Shown here piece after piece: positions 40,080 through 49,135 of a DNA stretch of 64,000 bases. Within the stretch, counting starts at the first letter, position 1. Every line of letters starts with the position of its first letter. The DNA is from Verrucomicrobiota bacterium (lineage in GTDB: Bacteria > Verrucomicrobiota > Verrucomicrobiia > Opitutales > Cerasicoccaceae): assembly GCA_039818205.1 (NCBI GenBank), contig JBCBUK010000002.1, forward strand, positions 416,001-480,000. Reading direction: 5' to 3'. The position numbers and the translations under genes were made by a program. The notes beneath the pieces are model-generated. The model made no database searches. It saw only the letters and a list, made by a program, of their open reading frames with translations, and was not told the origin of the DNA.

Positions 40080-41108
40080 ATGAATACTGCAAGCCAGTCT
40101 ATTCGCGTCGGCCTGTTTTTCCTTTTGGGGATGGCGCTGGCTTGGATCGCCTACGAGACCCTCTCGGGCTCAAGCCTGGAGCGGTCCAGCGGCTACCGCC
40201 TCGACGCGACCTTCGATAATCTGCAACAACTCAAGCCCAGTGACGAGGTTCGCATGGCGGGCGTGCGCATCGGAAACGTTGCGGAAACCCGGCTCGATGG
40301 CACCCGCGCCGTCGCAATTTTATTAATTGATTCACAAATCAAAATCCCTGCGGATTCCCAGGCGACGATCACAACCGCAGGTTTGCTCGGGACCAATTAC
40401 ATTTCCATTGTTCCTGGATCCGACTTGCAGAGCTTGGGCGACAAAGCACCCATCAACACCTTCGCCACGCCGGGCTTCAACGATGTTGTCGCTGAAGTTG
40501 GCAAGCTGGGGGAGCGCATGGATCAAGTTTTTGAGAAAGTCGAATCGTCGCTCGATAGTTTCGGTTCGGTCGCGGGAACCACCTCCAGTGAGTCCGACGA
40601 GGCCACTGGGCCAAGCTTGTTCGATAACCTCAACCAACTCGTCACTGAGAATCGCGTTACCATTCGCGAGACACTGGAAAACTTCCGCGTGATCAGCAAT
40701 GACATCGCGAAAGGCGAGGGGACAATTGGCAAGCTGGTCAAAGACCCCGCTGCCTATGACAAATTGATCGCGACCGCGGACGACATTCAAAAAGCCGCGA
40801 ATGACGCCTCGTCGCTGATGGCCGAAGCAGAATCGATCATGAGCGACGTCAAGCAGGGTGATGGAGCCCTGGGCGCGCTTATCTACGACCAGGATACCGG
40901 TACGGACATCAAGCTTGCTATCTCCAACGTAAAGGATTTCTCCGAGAAGCTAAATTCCACCGACAACTCGCTGGGTCGATTCCTGGCGGATGACGAGATG
41001 TATATTCAAGCCCAAGACACTTTGAGCAAGGTCAACGGAGCTGTCAGCCGATTTGATGACAGCGGACCGATTACGGCGGTTGGAATTCTCGCAACGGCGC
41101 TATTTTAA
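40080..41108 (+). CDS. MlaD/MCE family protein with long helical extension
   Basis: IRVGLF TM; L.....VRMAGVRIG.V; GLLGTNYI; GEGTIGKL-type repeats. Confidence 0.88.
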   Translation: MNTASQSIRVGLFFLLGMALAWIAYETLSGSSLERSSGYRLDATFDNLQQLKPSDEVRMAGVRIGNVAETRLDGTRAVAILLIDSQIKIPADSQATITTAGLLGTNYISIVPGSDLQSLGDKAPINTFATPGFNDVVAEVGKLGERMDQVFEKVESSLDSFGSVAGTTSSESDEATGPSLFDNLNQLVTENRVTIRETLENFRVISNDIAKGEGTIGKLVKDPAAYDKLIATADDIQKAANDASSLMAEAESIMSDVKQGDGALGALIYDQDTGTDIKLAISNVKDFSEKLNSTDNSLGRFLADDEMYIQAQDTLSKVNGAVSRFDDSGPITAVGILATALF

Positions 41109-41183
41109 TCAATTTTTTAAGTTGTTGAATTTCAATAATTTATGGTTTTATTGGAGTTTTTTCGAATTTTTCTTCAGAAAAAA

Positions 41184-41210
41184 TGAACGAAACCCACTTT
41201 TAGGCCGTCT
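41184..41210 (+). promoter_or_regulatory. Putative ECF sigma promoter
   Basis: TGAAC-N17-CGTCT downstream of an AT-rich tract. Confidence 0.55.
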
Positions 41211-41216
41211 TACTTC

Positions 41217-41323
41217 ATGTAGCTAACACCAGTTAAGTTAGAAATAGCGTTAGTTTCAGTCTAGTTTGTAGTTTGCATTTAGGTTAGAGAGGGTCGCTCG
41301 GAGGAGCGGCCCTTTCGTTTTGT
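41217..41323 (+). ncRNA. Candidate small regulatory RNA
   Basis: Lies between an ECF-like promoter and a terminator; no credible ORF; repeated GTTAG/TAGTT units. Confidence 0.5.
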
Positions 41324-41324
41324 T
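41287..41324 (+). terminator. Intrinsic terminator
   Basis: gagagggtcgctc-ggag-gagcggccctttc 13-bp stem with two G-U pairs, then gttttgtt. Confidence 0.75.
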
Positions 41325-41374
41325 GGGGTTGCTGTTGGCTTTACACACCATTTCGGCGGCGTAATGTAATCCTC

Positions 41375-42124
41375 GTGGCCGGATTTCGTAGTTATTTTCC
41401 CAATGGAAACCTGAAAAAGGGACAACTTGTCTCCCTTTCCGCAATTGAGAGCCGTCACTTGGTGAAGGCGCTGCGGGCAAAGATTGGTGACCCGGTTACG
41501 CTATTCGACGGTCAGGGTGAGGCATGGACTGCCACCATAAATGGCGTTGGACGCGAAGCCGAGGTCTTGATCGGCGATGTTTTGCCAATTGAACCCGCTG
41601 GCCATGAGCTGATTCTTGGCCTTGGCATGTTAAAGGGGAAGGCAATGGATTCTGCGATCAAGCTCGCCGTCGAGATCGGTGCCACGTCGCTGTTCCCCTT
41701 GGCGACCGAGCGAACTGAGGTTCGTCTGGGCGCCGCGCGCGCTGAGTCCAAGCACGAGCATTGGCAGACCGTTGCGATCGAAGCGGCGAAGCAAAGTGGG
41801 AATCTAGGTGGCCTCGCGATCCATGCCCCCCAATCCCTTGCGTCCTGGACTGCTGGGTTGGACCATAAGCCGCTGCTAATTGTCGCCAGTTTGGAAGAAG
41901 GCGCCCAACCAATACTTGAAACTTTGGCGGCCTCGAACGGCTCAGTTTGTATCGCTGTGGGGCCCGAAGGCGATTTCTCACCATCCGAATATTTGGCCCT
42001 GGATGAAGCCGGCTTTTTGCCCGTGAGTTTTGGTTCGAATGTTCTGCGAGCAGAAACCGCCGTCGCCTATGCCTTGAGTGTCATTAAAGCGCACCATAGT
42101 GTGCAGGCTTCTGACTCAAAATAA
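41375..42124 (+). CDS. rsmE: 16S rRNA m3U1498 methyltransferase
   Basis: HLVKALR, VTLFDGQG, EAAKQSG, VGPEGDFS..E, LRAETA. Confidence 0.92.
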   Translation: MAGFRSYFPNGNLKKGQLVSLSAIESRHLVKALRAKIGDPVTLFDGQGEAWTATINGVGREAEVLIGDVLPIEPAGHELILGLGMLKGKAMDSAIKLAVEIGATSLFPLATERTEVRLGAARAESKHEHWQTVAIEAAKQSGNLGGLAIHAPQSLASWTAGLDHKPLLIVASLEEGAQPILETLAASNGSVCIAVGPEGDFSPSEYLALDEAGFLPVSFGSNVLRAETAVAYALSVIKAHHSVQASDSK

Positions 42125-42209
42125 TTTCCCTCACTTATGAGGGTTTACATTCAAACTTTAGCGTGCTATTCCCTTTACCTATTGTTTATACCCCAAGAGC
42201 ATTTCGGAT

Positions 42210-43136
42210 ATGGATTCTCCTGAATTTTCTTTAGCACTCGCAAAAATGTTGATTTCAGCTGCCTGGGTGGATGGCCAGATCCACGAAGCTGAGCGCGACT
42301 ACCTGAAGGATTTCATCTTTAGCCTACCTCATGTTACCGAAGACACTTGGGAGGATCTTCAAACGTTCTTTGAACAGCCAGTTGATGAGGCCGAACGGAT
42401 TTACCTTTTGCAGGAACTCCGCCGCCTGTTGACTCGTGACACTCAGTTGCATCTGGTTACGAAGTCGGTTCGGCAGGTCTTTTTGGCTGACGGTCGAGTG
42501 CTGCCGGAGGAAGTCAAAGCCGCGCGCCAGATCACCCGTATTTTGCAGGGAACCGAGGAAGATTCGGAGCTGGAAATGTCCAACGTGATGAAGGCCCACC
42601 TCAAGCGCATGCGCGAACGCTACAGTGCTTCTCCGTTTGCGAAAATTGAGGACGAGGACGTTGATTTCCCGGAATCCGTCGGCAAATATTTTTCCGAACA
42701 AGGTTTTGAAATCGACGTGTCCGATACCGAACGCGATCGTATTTGCCTGATTGGTTGCCTGTTGGCCGTTGTCGCGAATGCTGATGGCGAACTCGATCCA
42801 AGCGAGAAGAACGTCGCCCGCGATTTTCTTCTTCGCCGTTGGAAGTTCTCGGGCCAGGTTACGAGTTTCGTCATCCAGATCATGACCTTTGATCCGGCAC
42901 GGGATCTGGACCTCGCAATGATCGTGAGACGCCTGTATGAGTCGACGACCGATGATGATCGCAAGCTTATCCTAAAGACGCTTTTGGCTATTTCGGCGGC
43001 TGACGGGAGAATTCTCAAAGAAGAAATCGATGAGTGTTACCGTATCGCCCGTCTGCTGAAGATTCCTGTCGAAGATATCGAGGAGTCGATGATCAACATC
43101 CCGCGCACGCGAAACGTAGGCAGTCCTCAGTCCTAG
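42210..43136 (+). CDS. Tandem TerB-like domain protein
   Basis: AAWVDGQIHEAE, ADGRVLPEE, ANADGELDPSE, AADGRILKEE motifs. Confidence 0.78.
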   Translation: MDSPEFSLALAKMLISAAWVDGQIHEAERDYLKDFIFSLPHVTEDTWEDLQTFFEQPVDEAERIYLLQELRRLLTRDTQLHLVTKSVRQVFLADGRVLPEEVKAARQITRILQGTEEDSELEMSNVMKAHLKRMRERYSASPFAKIEDEDVDFPESVGKYFSEQGFEIDVSDTERDRICLIGCLLAVVANADGELDPSEKNVARDFLLRRWKFSGQVTSFVIQIMTFDPARDLDLAMIVRRLYESTTDDDRKLILKTLLAISAADGRILKEEIDECYRIARLLKIPVEDIEESMINIPRTRNVGSPQS

Positions 43137-43164
43137 CTGGACCGAAAAGGCTGTACTTCGAGTA

Positions 43165-43890
43165 TTACTTGAGATGCTCGTTGAGCCACGGGGCGGCAAC
43201 GGCGGTCATTTTCTGCATGGCTTCGCCAGAAAAAACATGATCGGCTTCGGGCATTTCAACGTATTTGGCATTCGGGCCTGCTTGTTCGAAAATATCGCGT
43301 GCGTTATTGATGGGGACCGTGTCGTCAGGCTTTCCGTGGATTAAAAGCCATGGGATCGAAATGGCGCCGCCGCGCTCCACTAGGCTACCGATCTGTTGAC
43401 AATCCCTGAGGTAGGTTTCGCTCAGCGGGCAGTCTGTTTCTCCCCACATGAACCCACTGGTCTCTTCTCCAAACTCGACTTCGGCAAACTGGCTTACATG
43501 CACCATGCCGGCGAGGGACACTAACGCGTCGAGTTCGATTTCGCCGCTGGCAGCGATTACTCCGACGGCACCTCCCATCGAGTGGCCCACATAGGCAATC
43601 TTGGAAAAGTGTTCCCGTGCGGCAGCGACGACCACCCGGAGGTCTTCGACTTCCTTAGAGATCGTTGATTCATCGAAGGTACCTTCGCTGTCGCCATTAC
43701 CCGAGAAACTCATTCGCAAGGTAGCAATACCGATTTCGGCCAACGCTTGGGCCAGGCTCACTAAAACCGGGCGGTCTTTGTTTCCGGTGACCCCGTGGCC
43801 GAGAATCACGAGTCTATCCGATTCCGGGGAACCTTGTTCAAATTGGGTGTCTAGTTTCTCACCTGCCTGGTTGCGAATGTTTTCCAGCAT
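43165..43890 (-). CDS. Alpha/beta hydrolase
   Basis: HG, FSGNGDSEG, GHSMGG nucleophile, IHG..DDTVP, ADHVF. Confidence 0.9.
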   Translation of the reverse strand: MLENIRNQAGEKLDTQFEQGSPESDRLVILGHGVTGNKDRPVLVSLAQALAEIGIATLRMSFSGNGDSEGTFDESTISKEVEDLRVVVAAAREHFSKIAYVGHSMGGAVGVIAASGEIELDALVSLAGMVHVSQFAEVEFGEETSGFMWGETDCPLSETYLRDCQQIGSLVERGGAISIPWLLIHGKPDDTVPINNARDIFEQAGPNAKYVEMPEADHVFSGEAMQKMTAVAAPWLNEHLK

Positions 43891-43971
43891 GGCCGAAAAC
43901 TAGGCCGCCGGGCGTTTTGCTTAAAGATTAAAGTTTGAACCCACAGCAAATGCGAGTTTGCTGACACCTTT

Positions 43972-44757
43972 ATGCCAACATTTGTGGACAAACTCGAAAA
44001 GCGCCTTGGGCGCTATGCGATCAGTAATTTGACATTCTGGATCATGGTCGGCCAAATCGCCATCTGGGGATTTGGTCTTTTCACTAATTTCCCAGTTGAG
44101 TCGCTGGCGCTCGATCCGAGTAAAGTTATCCAGGGTGAGGTCTGGCGGATCTTCACCTTCCTGCTAGAGCCTCCCATGGCCCGAATCAGCCTTTGGCTCA
44201 TTCTCATATGGTATATTTTCTATTTCTTTGGGAGTACGCTGGAAAAAGAGTGGGGAGAGTTTCGCTACAATTTATTCATCCTCGTTGGCGTCCTTTGTAC
44301 CGTGATCGGAGGGATGCTCACCTTGTTGATTCCAATTGCTGGTGGTTACCCGTTGAGTAATGGATATCTGCTCACCTCGCCAATGCTGGCCTTCGCTATC
44401 CTTTTTCCGAACTTCGAGATCCGGGTCTATTTTATCCTTCCCGTAAAGATGAAATGGATTGCGGTGTTTACTTTGGCCGCCTGGTTCTTCGGTGCCGGTA
44501 ACAATCCGTTTAGCTGGGTTTTGATTTTTGGGGCTCTGGCCAACATCATGTTGTTCTTTGGCAAGTCGTTCATCCAAGGACAGCAGGCCAAAAAACGCTC
44601 GAACCGATTTCACCGCGAACGCGAAGCCGAGGCTGCAGAGCCGTTTCACCGCTGCGTGATCTGTGGCAAGACCGATCTTGATGATCGGGATATGGAATTT
44701 GCCTACCAGGACGGCAAAGGATACTGCCGGGATCATTGGGATGAGATGGATAAGTAA
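43972..44757 (+). CDS. Conserved membrane protein (rhomboid/DER1-like) with C-terminal Cys/His cluster
   Basis: GEVWRIFTF, LE.EWG.FRYNL, FILPVKMKW, HRCVICG...YC..H. Confidence 0.7.
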   Translation: MPTFVDKLEKRLGRYAISNLTFWIMVGQIAIWGFGLFTNFPVESLALDPSKVIQGEVWRIFTFLLEPPMARISLWLILIWYIFYFFGSTLEKEWGEFRYNLFILVGVLCTVIGGMLTLLIPIAGGYPLSNGYLLTSPMLAFAILFPNFEIRVYFILPVKMKWIAVFTLAAWFFGAGNNPFSWVLIFGALANIMLFFGKSFIQGQQAKKRSNRFHREREAEAAEPFHRCVICGKTDLDDRDMEFAYQDGKGYCRDHWDEMDK

Positions 44758-44864
44758 CACGAAACGTTGACCATCGCTCCCTCTTTCGTTTTGGATTGAG
44801 GAATCATAACCAATCCCATCGTCAGATTCGATCTGACCCCCTCTAACCCATTTCACTGCGCACT

Positions 44865-45512
44865 ATGACTTTTGCTGAACAATTGCTGATTCTGGCCTTA
44901 GATCCGAAAACCGGAAAATTCCACGCCCTCCCACGGAAATCGTTGGAAATCGGTCTGGCCGGTGCATTCCTGCTCGAGCTCACGTTTCGCGACCTGGTCG
45001 ATGCTGAACCTGAAAAAGTGATTGTTCTGAAAGAGCACTATCCACAGCGTCCATTGCTTAACTCTGCCTTGCAAGTTTTGCGCGAGGGCGATGCCGAAGT
45101 GCCCATGCGAAAAGCCATCGCACGTCTTGCCCTGCAAGGACAGGTTTTGGTATCAAAAACCCTGGAGAAGCTGGTTGAGAACGGTGTTTTGGAGCGAAAG
45201 GACAAAATTTTCTTCGTGCGTCGTGATGTTCCAGTTTTTCCGCAGGCAGATGATCAAGCCTACCGGGATGTCGTAAAGCAAATCCGGGATCTTGTCTTGG
45301 ATGCTGAGGCGATCCCGTCGCCGGAAGAAGCGGCCTTGCTCTCGCTGGTTGAAGCCTGCCGATTGCAGCGCAAAATCTTCACCGAAGAGGAGCGATCCCA
45401 CTTTGAAAGTCGCTTCAAGCAGCTTGCTGGCATGGACCTGGTAGGTCGCGGCATCGTTGACGCAGTGCGCGCTGTGCGGGACAAAGAACTCTTGGAGATC
45501 GCCGGGGAGTAG
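44865..45512 (+). CDS. GPP34/GOLPH3 family protein
   Basis: TFAEQLLILALD...G; GLAGAFLLEL; LVENGVL. Confidence 0.82.
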   Translation: MTFAEQLLILALDPKTGKFHALPRKSLEIGLAGAFLLELTFRDLVDAEPEKVIVLKEHYPQRPLLNSALQVLREGDAEVPMRKAIARLALQGQVLVSKTLEKLVENGVLERKDKIFFVRRDVPVFPQADDQAYRDVVKQIRDLVLDAEAIPSPEEAALLSLVEACRLQRKIFTEEERSHFESRFKQLAGMDLVGRGIVDAVRAVRDKELLEIAGE

Positions 45513-45554
45513 CTCCGGATTCCTGTCGCAAAATTAGCTGCATCTGATAACGTC

Positions 45555-46985
45555 TTGTTCGTGAGCGATTGGCCAAATCATGCTCGGCGGCTCGCGAGCC
45601 ATTGCGACAGTCTAGTTTTTCACCCGGAGGTCACCGGTTGGTTGTCTAAAAATCGAGGAGAACCAATCGGAGTTGCCTGTTCGGGCGGAGTGGATTCGCT
45701 AGCGTTGCTCTTGCTGGCTTGGACGCGATTGCGTGAGCAACGCAAGGACCTTCGAGTATTGCATCTCAACCATGGCGTCCGGGGGGCTGATGCCGACACG
45801 GATGAACAGTTTGTGCTACGGGTGGCCGATGACTTGGGGATCCCAGTACTCTCTGAAATGGCCGACCTGCCAGCCGGAGTCAAGGTGGGGGAGGAGACTC
45901 TCAGAAATGAGAGGATGGCCTTTTTCGCGAACTCTGGCTGCTCTGCAATTTTGCTCGGGCACCATGCTGATGATGTTGCCGAAACACTGTTGATGCGCCT
46001 TTGCCGCGGAGCGGGGACCGAAGGGCTTGCCGCTCCGCGCCCAATTAGCCAGCCGAATCAACTGGGTGGCCTTCATCTACGACCGATGCTCGATTGGAGC
46101 CGGGAAGCGATTGAATCAGCAATGAAAACGGCGCGCATTCCCTGGCGGGAAGACGATTCCAACGCCAAGCTTGACTACTTTCGCAACCGGGTTCGGCACC
46201 GCGTATGGCCGGAACTAACTTTGGCCAGCCCGGTAAACGCGCTGGCTGGAACCACGCGTTCCCGGACCTTACTTCACGAGGACGCGGTTGCCTTGGAGCA
46301 ATGGCTCGATGCGGTTTATCCGTCGACTCAGGTTGAAGCAGAATTGCCGGCCAGTTTGTTTGTTGGTATGCCTAAGGCATTGTGGCGCAGGGGTTTGCTG
46401 CGTTGGATTAGCCATATCGAAGCCCATGGCTCGCTTTCGGCTCGAGCAATTGACGATCTATTGGAGCGGTGGATGGCAGGTGAAAGCGTTCGGGTGAGCG
46501 TCGGGACTAGTCAATTTATTGAAGGCGACCAGAAACAAAGGCTAAGACTTGTCGGAGCGAACGAGGAAGCCCCGTGTTGGCGGGAACAAGCGCTGCCATT
46601 TTCTTCGGCCATTGCCTTGCCAAATGGCTACTGGCTGCATGCTCGTCTAGCTAAATTAGACGATTCAATGCGGACCCGAATCCTCCGGGGTGACGTTTCG
46701 GAAACTAGGGATGTCTATCTTTCGCCTGGAGATCCATCGCCACCTTGGCAGATTCGACTATGGCGTCCCGGTGACCGCTATCACCCGCTGGGTGCACCGG
46801 GCTCGCGCAAGCTGCAGGACTGCTTTACGGATCGCAGGATTCCCGAAAGGGAACGAAATCGTCTTCCGGTGGTCTGTGATGGTTCCGGAACAATTGTCTG
46901 GGTGCCGGGTCTGCCACCGAACGAAAAGCGTCGACTCTCAGCCGAGGCAGAATCGGCTCTGTGGTTGACTTACCAGCCTTTTTGA
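45555..46985 (+). CDS. tilS: tRNA(Ile)-lysidine synthetase
   Basis: ACSGGVDS PP-loop, HLNHGVRG, GHHADDVAET, EDDSN, RNRVRH; upstream of ftsH. Confidence 0.93.
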   Translation: MFVSDWPNHARRLASHCDSLVFHPEVTGWLSKNRGEPIGVACSGGVDSLALLLLAWTRLREQRKDLRVLHLNHGVRGADADTDEQFVLRVADDLGIPVLSEMADLPAGVKVGEETLRNERMAFFANSGCSAILLGHHADDVAETLLMRLCRGAGTEGLAAPRPISQPNQLGGLHLRPMLDWSREAIESAMKTARIPWREDDSNAKLDYFRNRVRHRVWPELTLASPVNALAGTTRSRTLLHEDAVALEQWLDAVYPSTQVEAELPASLFVGMPKALWRRGLLRWISHIEAHGSLSARAIDDLLERWMAGESVRVSVGTSQFIEGDQKQRLRLVGANEEAPCWREQALPFSSAIALPNGYWLHARLAKLDDSMRTRILRGDVSETRDVYLSPGDPSPPWQIRLWRPGDRYHPLGAPGSRKLQDCFTDRRIPERERNRLPVVCDGSGTIVWVPGLPPNEKRRLSAEAESALWLTYQPF

Positions 46986-47014
46986 AGAAATATCTTCAAT
47001 CTTTAGATTTTTAA

Positions 47015-49117
47015 ATGAGCGAAAACGAAAATAACCGCGACGATTCGCAGAAAGCCCCACAGCCAGGCGGTTTTCATCCCAAGATGATCATCATTTGGCT
47101 GGTTGTTATTTCAGCAATTGTCCTACTGTGGAGGAATACTCCAGATCAGGCTGCTGGCCTCGATCGCCTGAGTGTCTCTGAATTAGTCCAGAAGGCTCAA
47201 GCAGGGGACCTGGTAACATTGAACATCAAATCGGAACCCAGTGGTGGTCAGAAATGGTATTCGATGTGGGGAGAGATGAAAAACCCCAACTACGACCCTG
47301 ATAAAGTCGTCAAAACTGACGAGAAGAAGGAGGGTGGAAGCCTGGGAACCTTGGGAGAGAAAAAGGAGGATAACCCCAAGACTAAAGAATACCAGGCTGA
47401 GGGATATCTCACCGACGACCGTTTTGACCTGTTGACCAGCCCTGACGCGAGCTACGACGTAAATCAGAAGCCAGCGAGCACGATGATGCAGGACCTTTTG
47501 GTGGGTCTGTTGCCATTTTTGATTATCATCGGTTTGATCTACTTCTTGTTCGTTCGCCAGTTGAAGATGGCGGGCAAAGGCGCGATGTCTTTTGGCAAGA
47601 GCCGGGCAAAGCTGCTGACTCGCGACAAAGAGCGCTTTCTGTTCAAGGACGTTGCCGGTTGTGATGAGGCCAAAGAGGAAGTGGCCGAGGTTGTTGATTT
47701 CCTTAAGGACCCTAAGAAGTTCCAACGTATCGGTGGCAAGGTGCCAAAGGGCGTCTTGATGGTTGGTCCTCCTGGAACCGGTAAGACCCTCCTGGCCAAG
47801 GCGGTTGCGGGCGAAGCCGATGTGCCTTTTTTCTCCATCAGCGGCTCTGACTTCGTCGAGATGTTTGTCGGCGTTGGTGCAGCCCGGGTTCGCGATATGT
47901 TTGAGCAAGGGCGCAAGAACGCACCTTGTATTGTTTTTATCGACGAGATCGATGCAGTCGGTCGCCAGCGCGGTGCCGGTCTTGGTGGCGGCAATGATGA
48001 GCGCGAGCAGACCCTCAACTCCTTGTTGGTTGAGATGGATGGCTTCGACGGTCACGAGGGTATCATTATCATCGCGGCAACGAATCGCCCCGACGTCTTG
48101 GACAAGGCGCTCTTGCGTCCGGGTCGTTTCGACCGACAGGTCCTCATTGACCTGCCTGACTTGAAGGGCCGGGAAGAGGTCCTTAAGGTCCACGCCCGCA
48201 AAATTAAGATGAGCCGGCATATCGATCTGGTCCGCGTTGCGCGAAGCACGGCGGGATTCTCGGGTGCCGACTTGGCGAATTTACTCAATGAAGCCGCCTT
48301 GGTTGCGGCGCGTCGCGACAAGTCTGAAGTGGAGTCTGCCGACATCGAAGAAGCACGCGACAAGATCGCTTACGGTCGTGAGCGTCGCAAGCTCATGGAT
48401 GAAGAGGACAAGCGTTCGACCGCGTTCCACGAAGCTGGCCACGCGCTGGTTCAGGCGGTGCTCAAAGACAAGAAGCGTGAGTTGCACAAGGTAACTATTT
48501 TGCCGCGGGGTCGCGCCTTGGGTATGGCGATGTATACGCCAATCAAGGAGATTCTTGGTTACTCCAAAAACGAATTGCTGAACTTCATTTGTACCGCAAT
48601 GGCGGGCCGGATTGGTGAAGAACTTGAGACCGGTGACTTCTCGAATGGCGCCTCAAGTGATATCAAGCAGGCGACCCAGATTGCGCGTCAGATGGTTTGC
48701 GATTGGGGTATGAGCGATATCGGCCCGGTTGCCCTGGGGGAGAATCAGGAACACATCTTTCTGGCAAAAGAGATCACGCGGAATCAGAACTATTCCGAAG
48801 ACACCGCACGCCGGATTGACGACGAGATCCAAAATATTCTCAAATCGCAATACCAGCGAGCACAGCAGATTGTTGAGGAGTATCGTAAGGAGCTTGAGGC
48901 AGTTGCTGAAGCGCTTCTGGAGTATGAAACCATTGAGGGTAAGCACGTGCATGAGATCCTTGAGTTCGGAGAGCTTCGTTCCCCGGTGATCAATAACACG
49001 ACGCCTCCACCCGAAGCGGAGGAAGAAGACCAAGCTCCAGCAAAGCCAAAGAAGTCTAAGGAAGACGACGAAGAGGGCGAGCTTCCAGGAGCAGCTCCAG
49101 CGGGTATGCCCGCCTAG
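47015..49117 (+). CDS. ftsH: ATP-dependent zinc metalloprotease FtsH
   Basis: 2 TM segments; [28 protein letters not shown]. Confidence 0.97.
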   Translation: MSENENNRDDSQKAPQPGGFHPKMIIIWLVVISAIVLLWRNTPDQAAGLDRLSVSELVQKAQAGDLVTLNIKSEPSGGQKWYSMWGEMKNPNYDPDKVVKTDEKKEGGSLGTLGEKKEDNPKTKEYQAEGYLTDDRFDLLTSPDASYDVNQKPASTMMQDLLVGLLPFLIIIGLIYFLFVRQLKMAGKGAMSFGKSRAKLLTRDKERFLFKDVAGCDEAKEEVAEVVDFLKDPKKFQRIGGKVPKGVLMVGPPGTGKTLLAKAVAGEADVPFFSISGSDFVEMFVGVGAARVRDMFEQGRKNAPCIVFIDEIDAVGRQRGAGLGGGNDEREQTLNSLLVEMDGFDGHEGIIIIAATNRPDVLDKALLRPGRFDRQVLIDLPDLKGREEVLKVHARKIKMSRHIDLVRVARSTAGFSGADLANLLNEAALVAARRDKSEVESADIEEARDKIAYGRERRKLMDEEDKRSTAFHEAGHALVQAVLKDKKRELHKVTILPRGRALGMAMYTPIKEILGYSKNELLNFICTAMAGRIGEELETGDFSNGASSDIKQATQIARQMVCDWGMSDIGPVALGENQEHIFLAKEITRNQNYSEDTARRIDDEIQNILKSQYQRAQQIVEEYRKELEAVAEALLEYETIEGKHVHEILEFGELRSPVINNTTPPPEAEEEDQAPAKPKKSKEDDEEGELPGAAPAGMPA

Positions 49118-49135
49118 CGGCTTCTCAATCAGAAT

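Noticed and set aside
47183..48220. 345-aa ORF antisense to ftsH
   Set aside because: Typical shadow ORF of a strongly biased housekeeping gene
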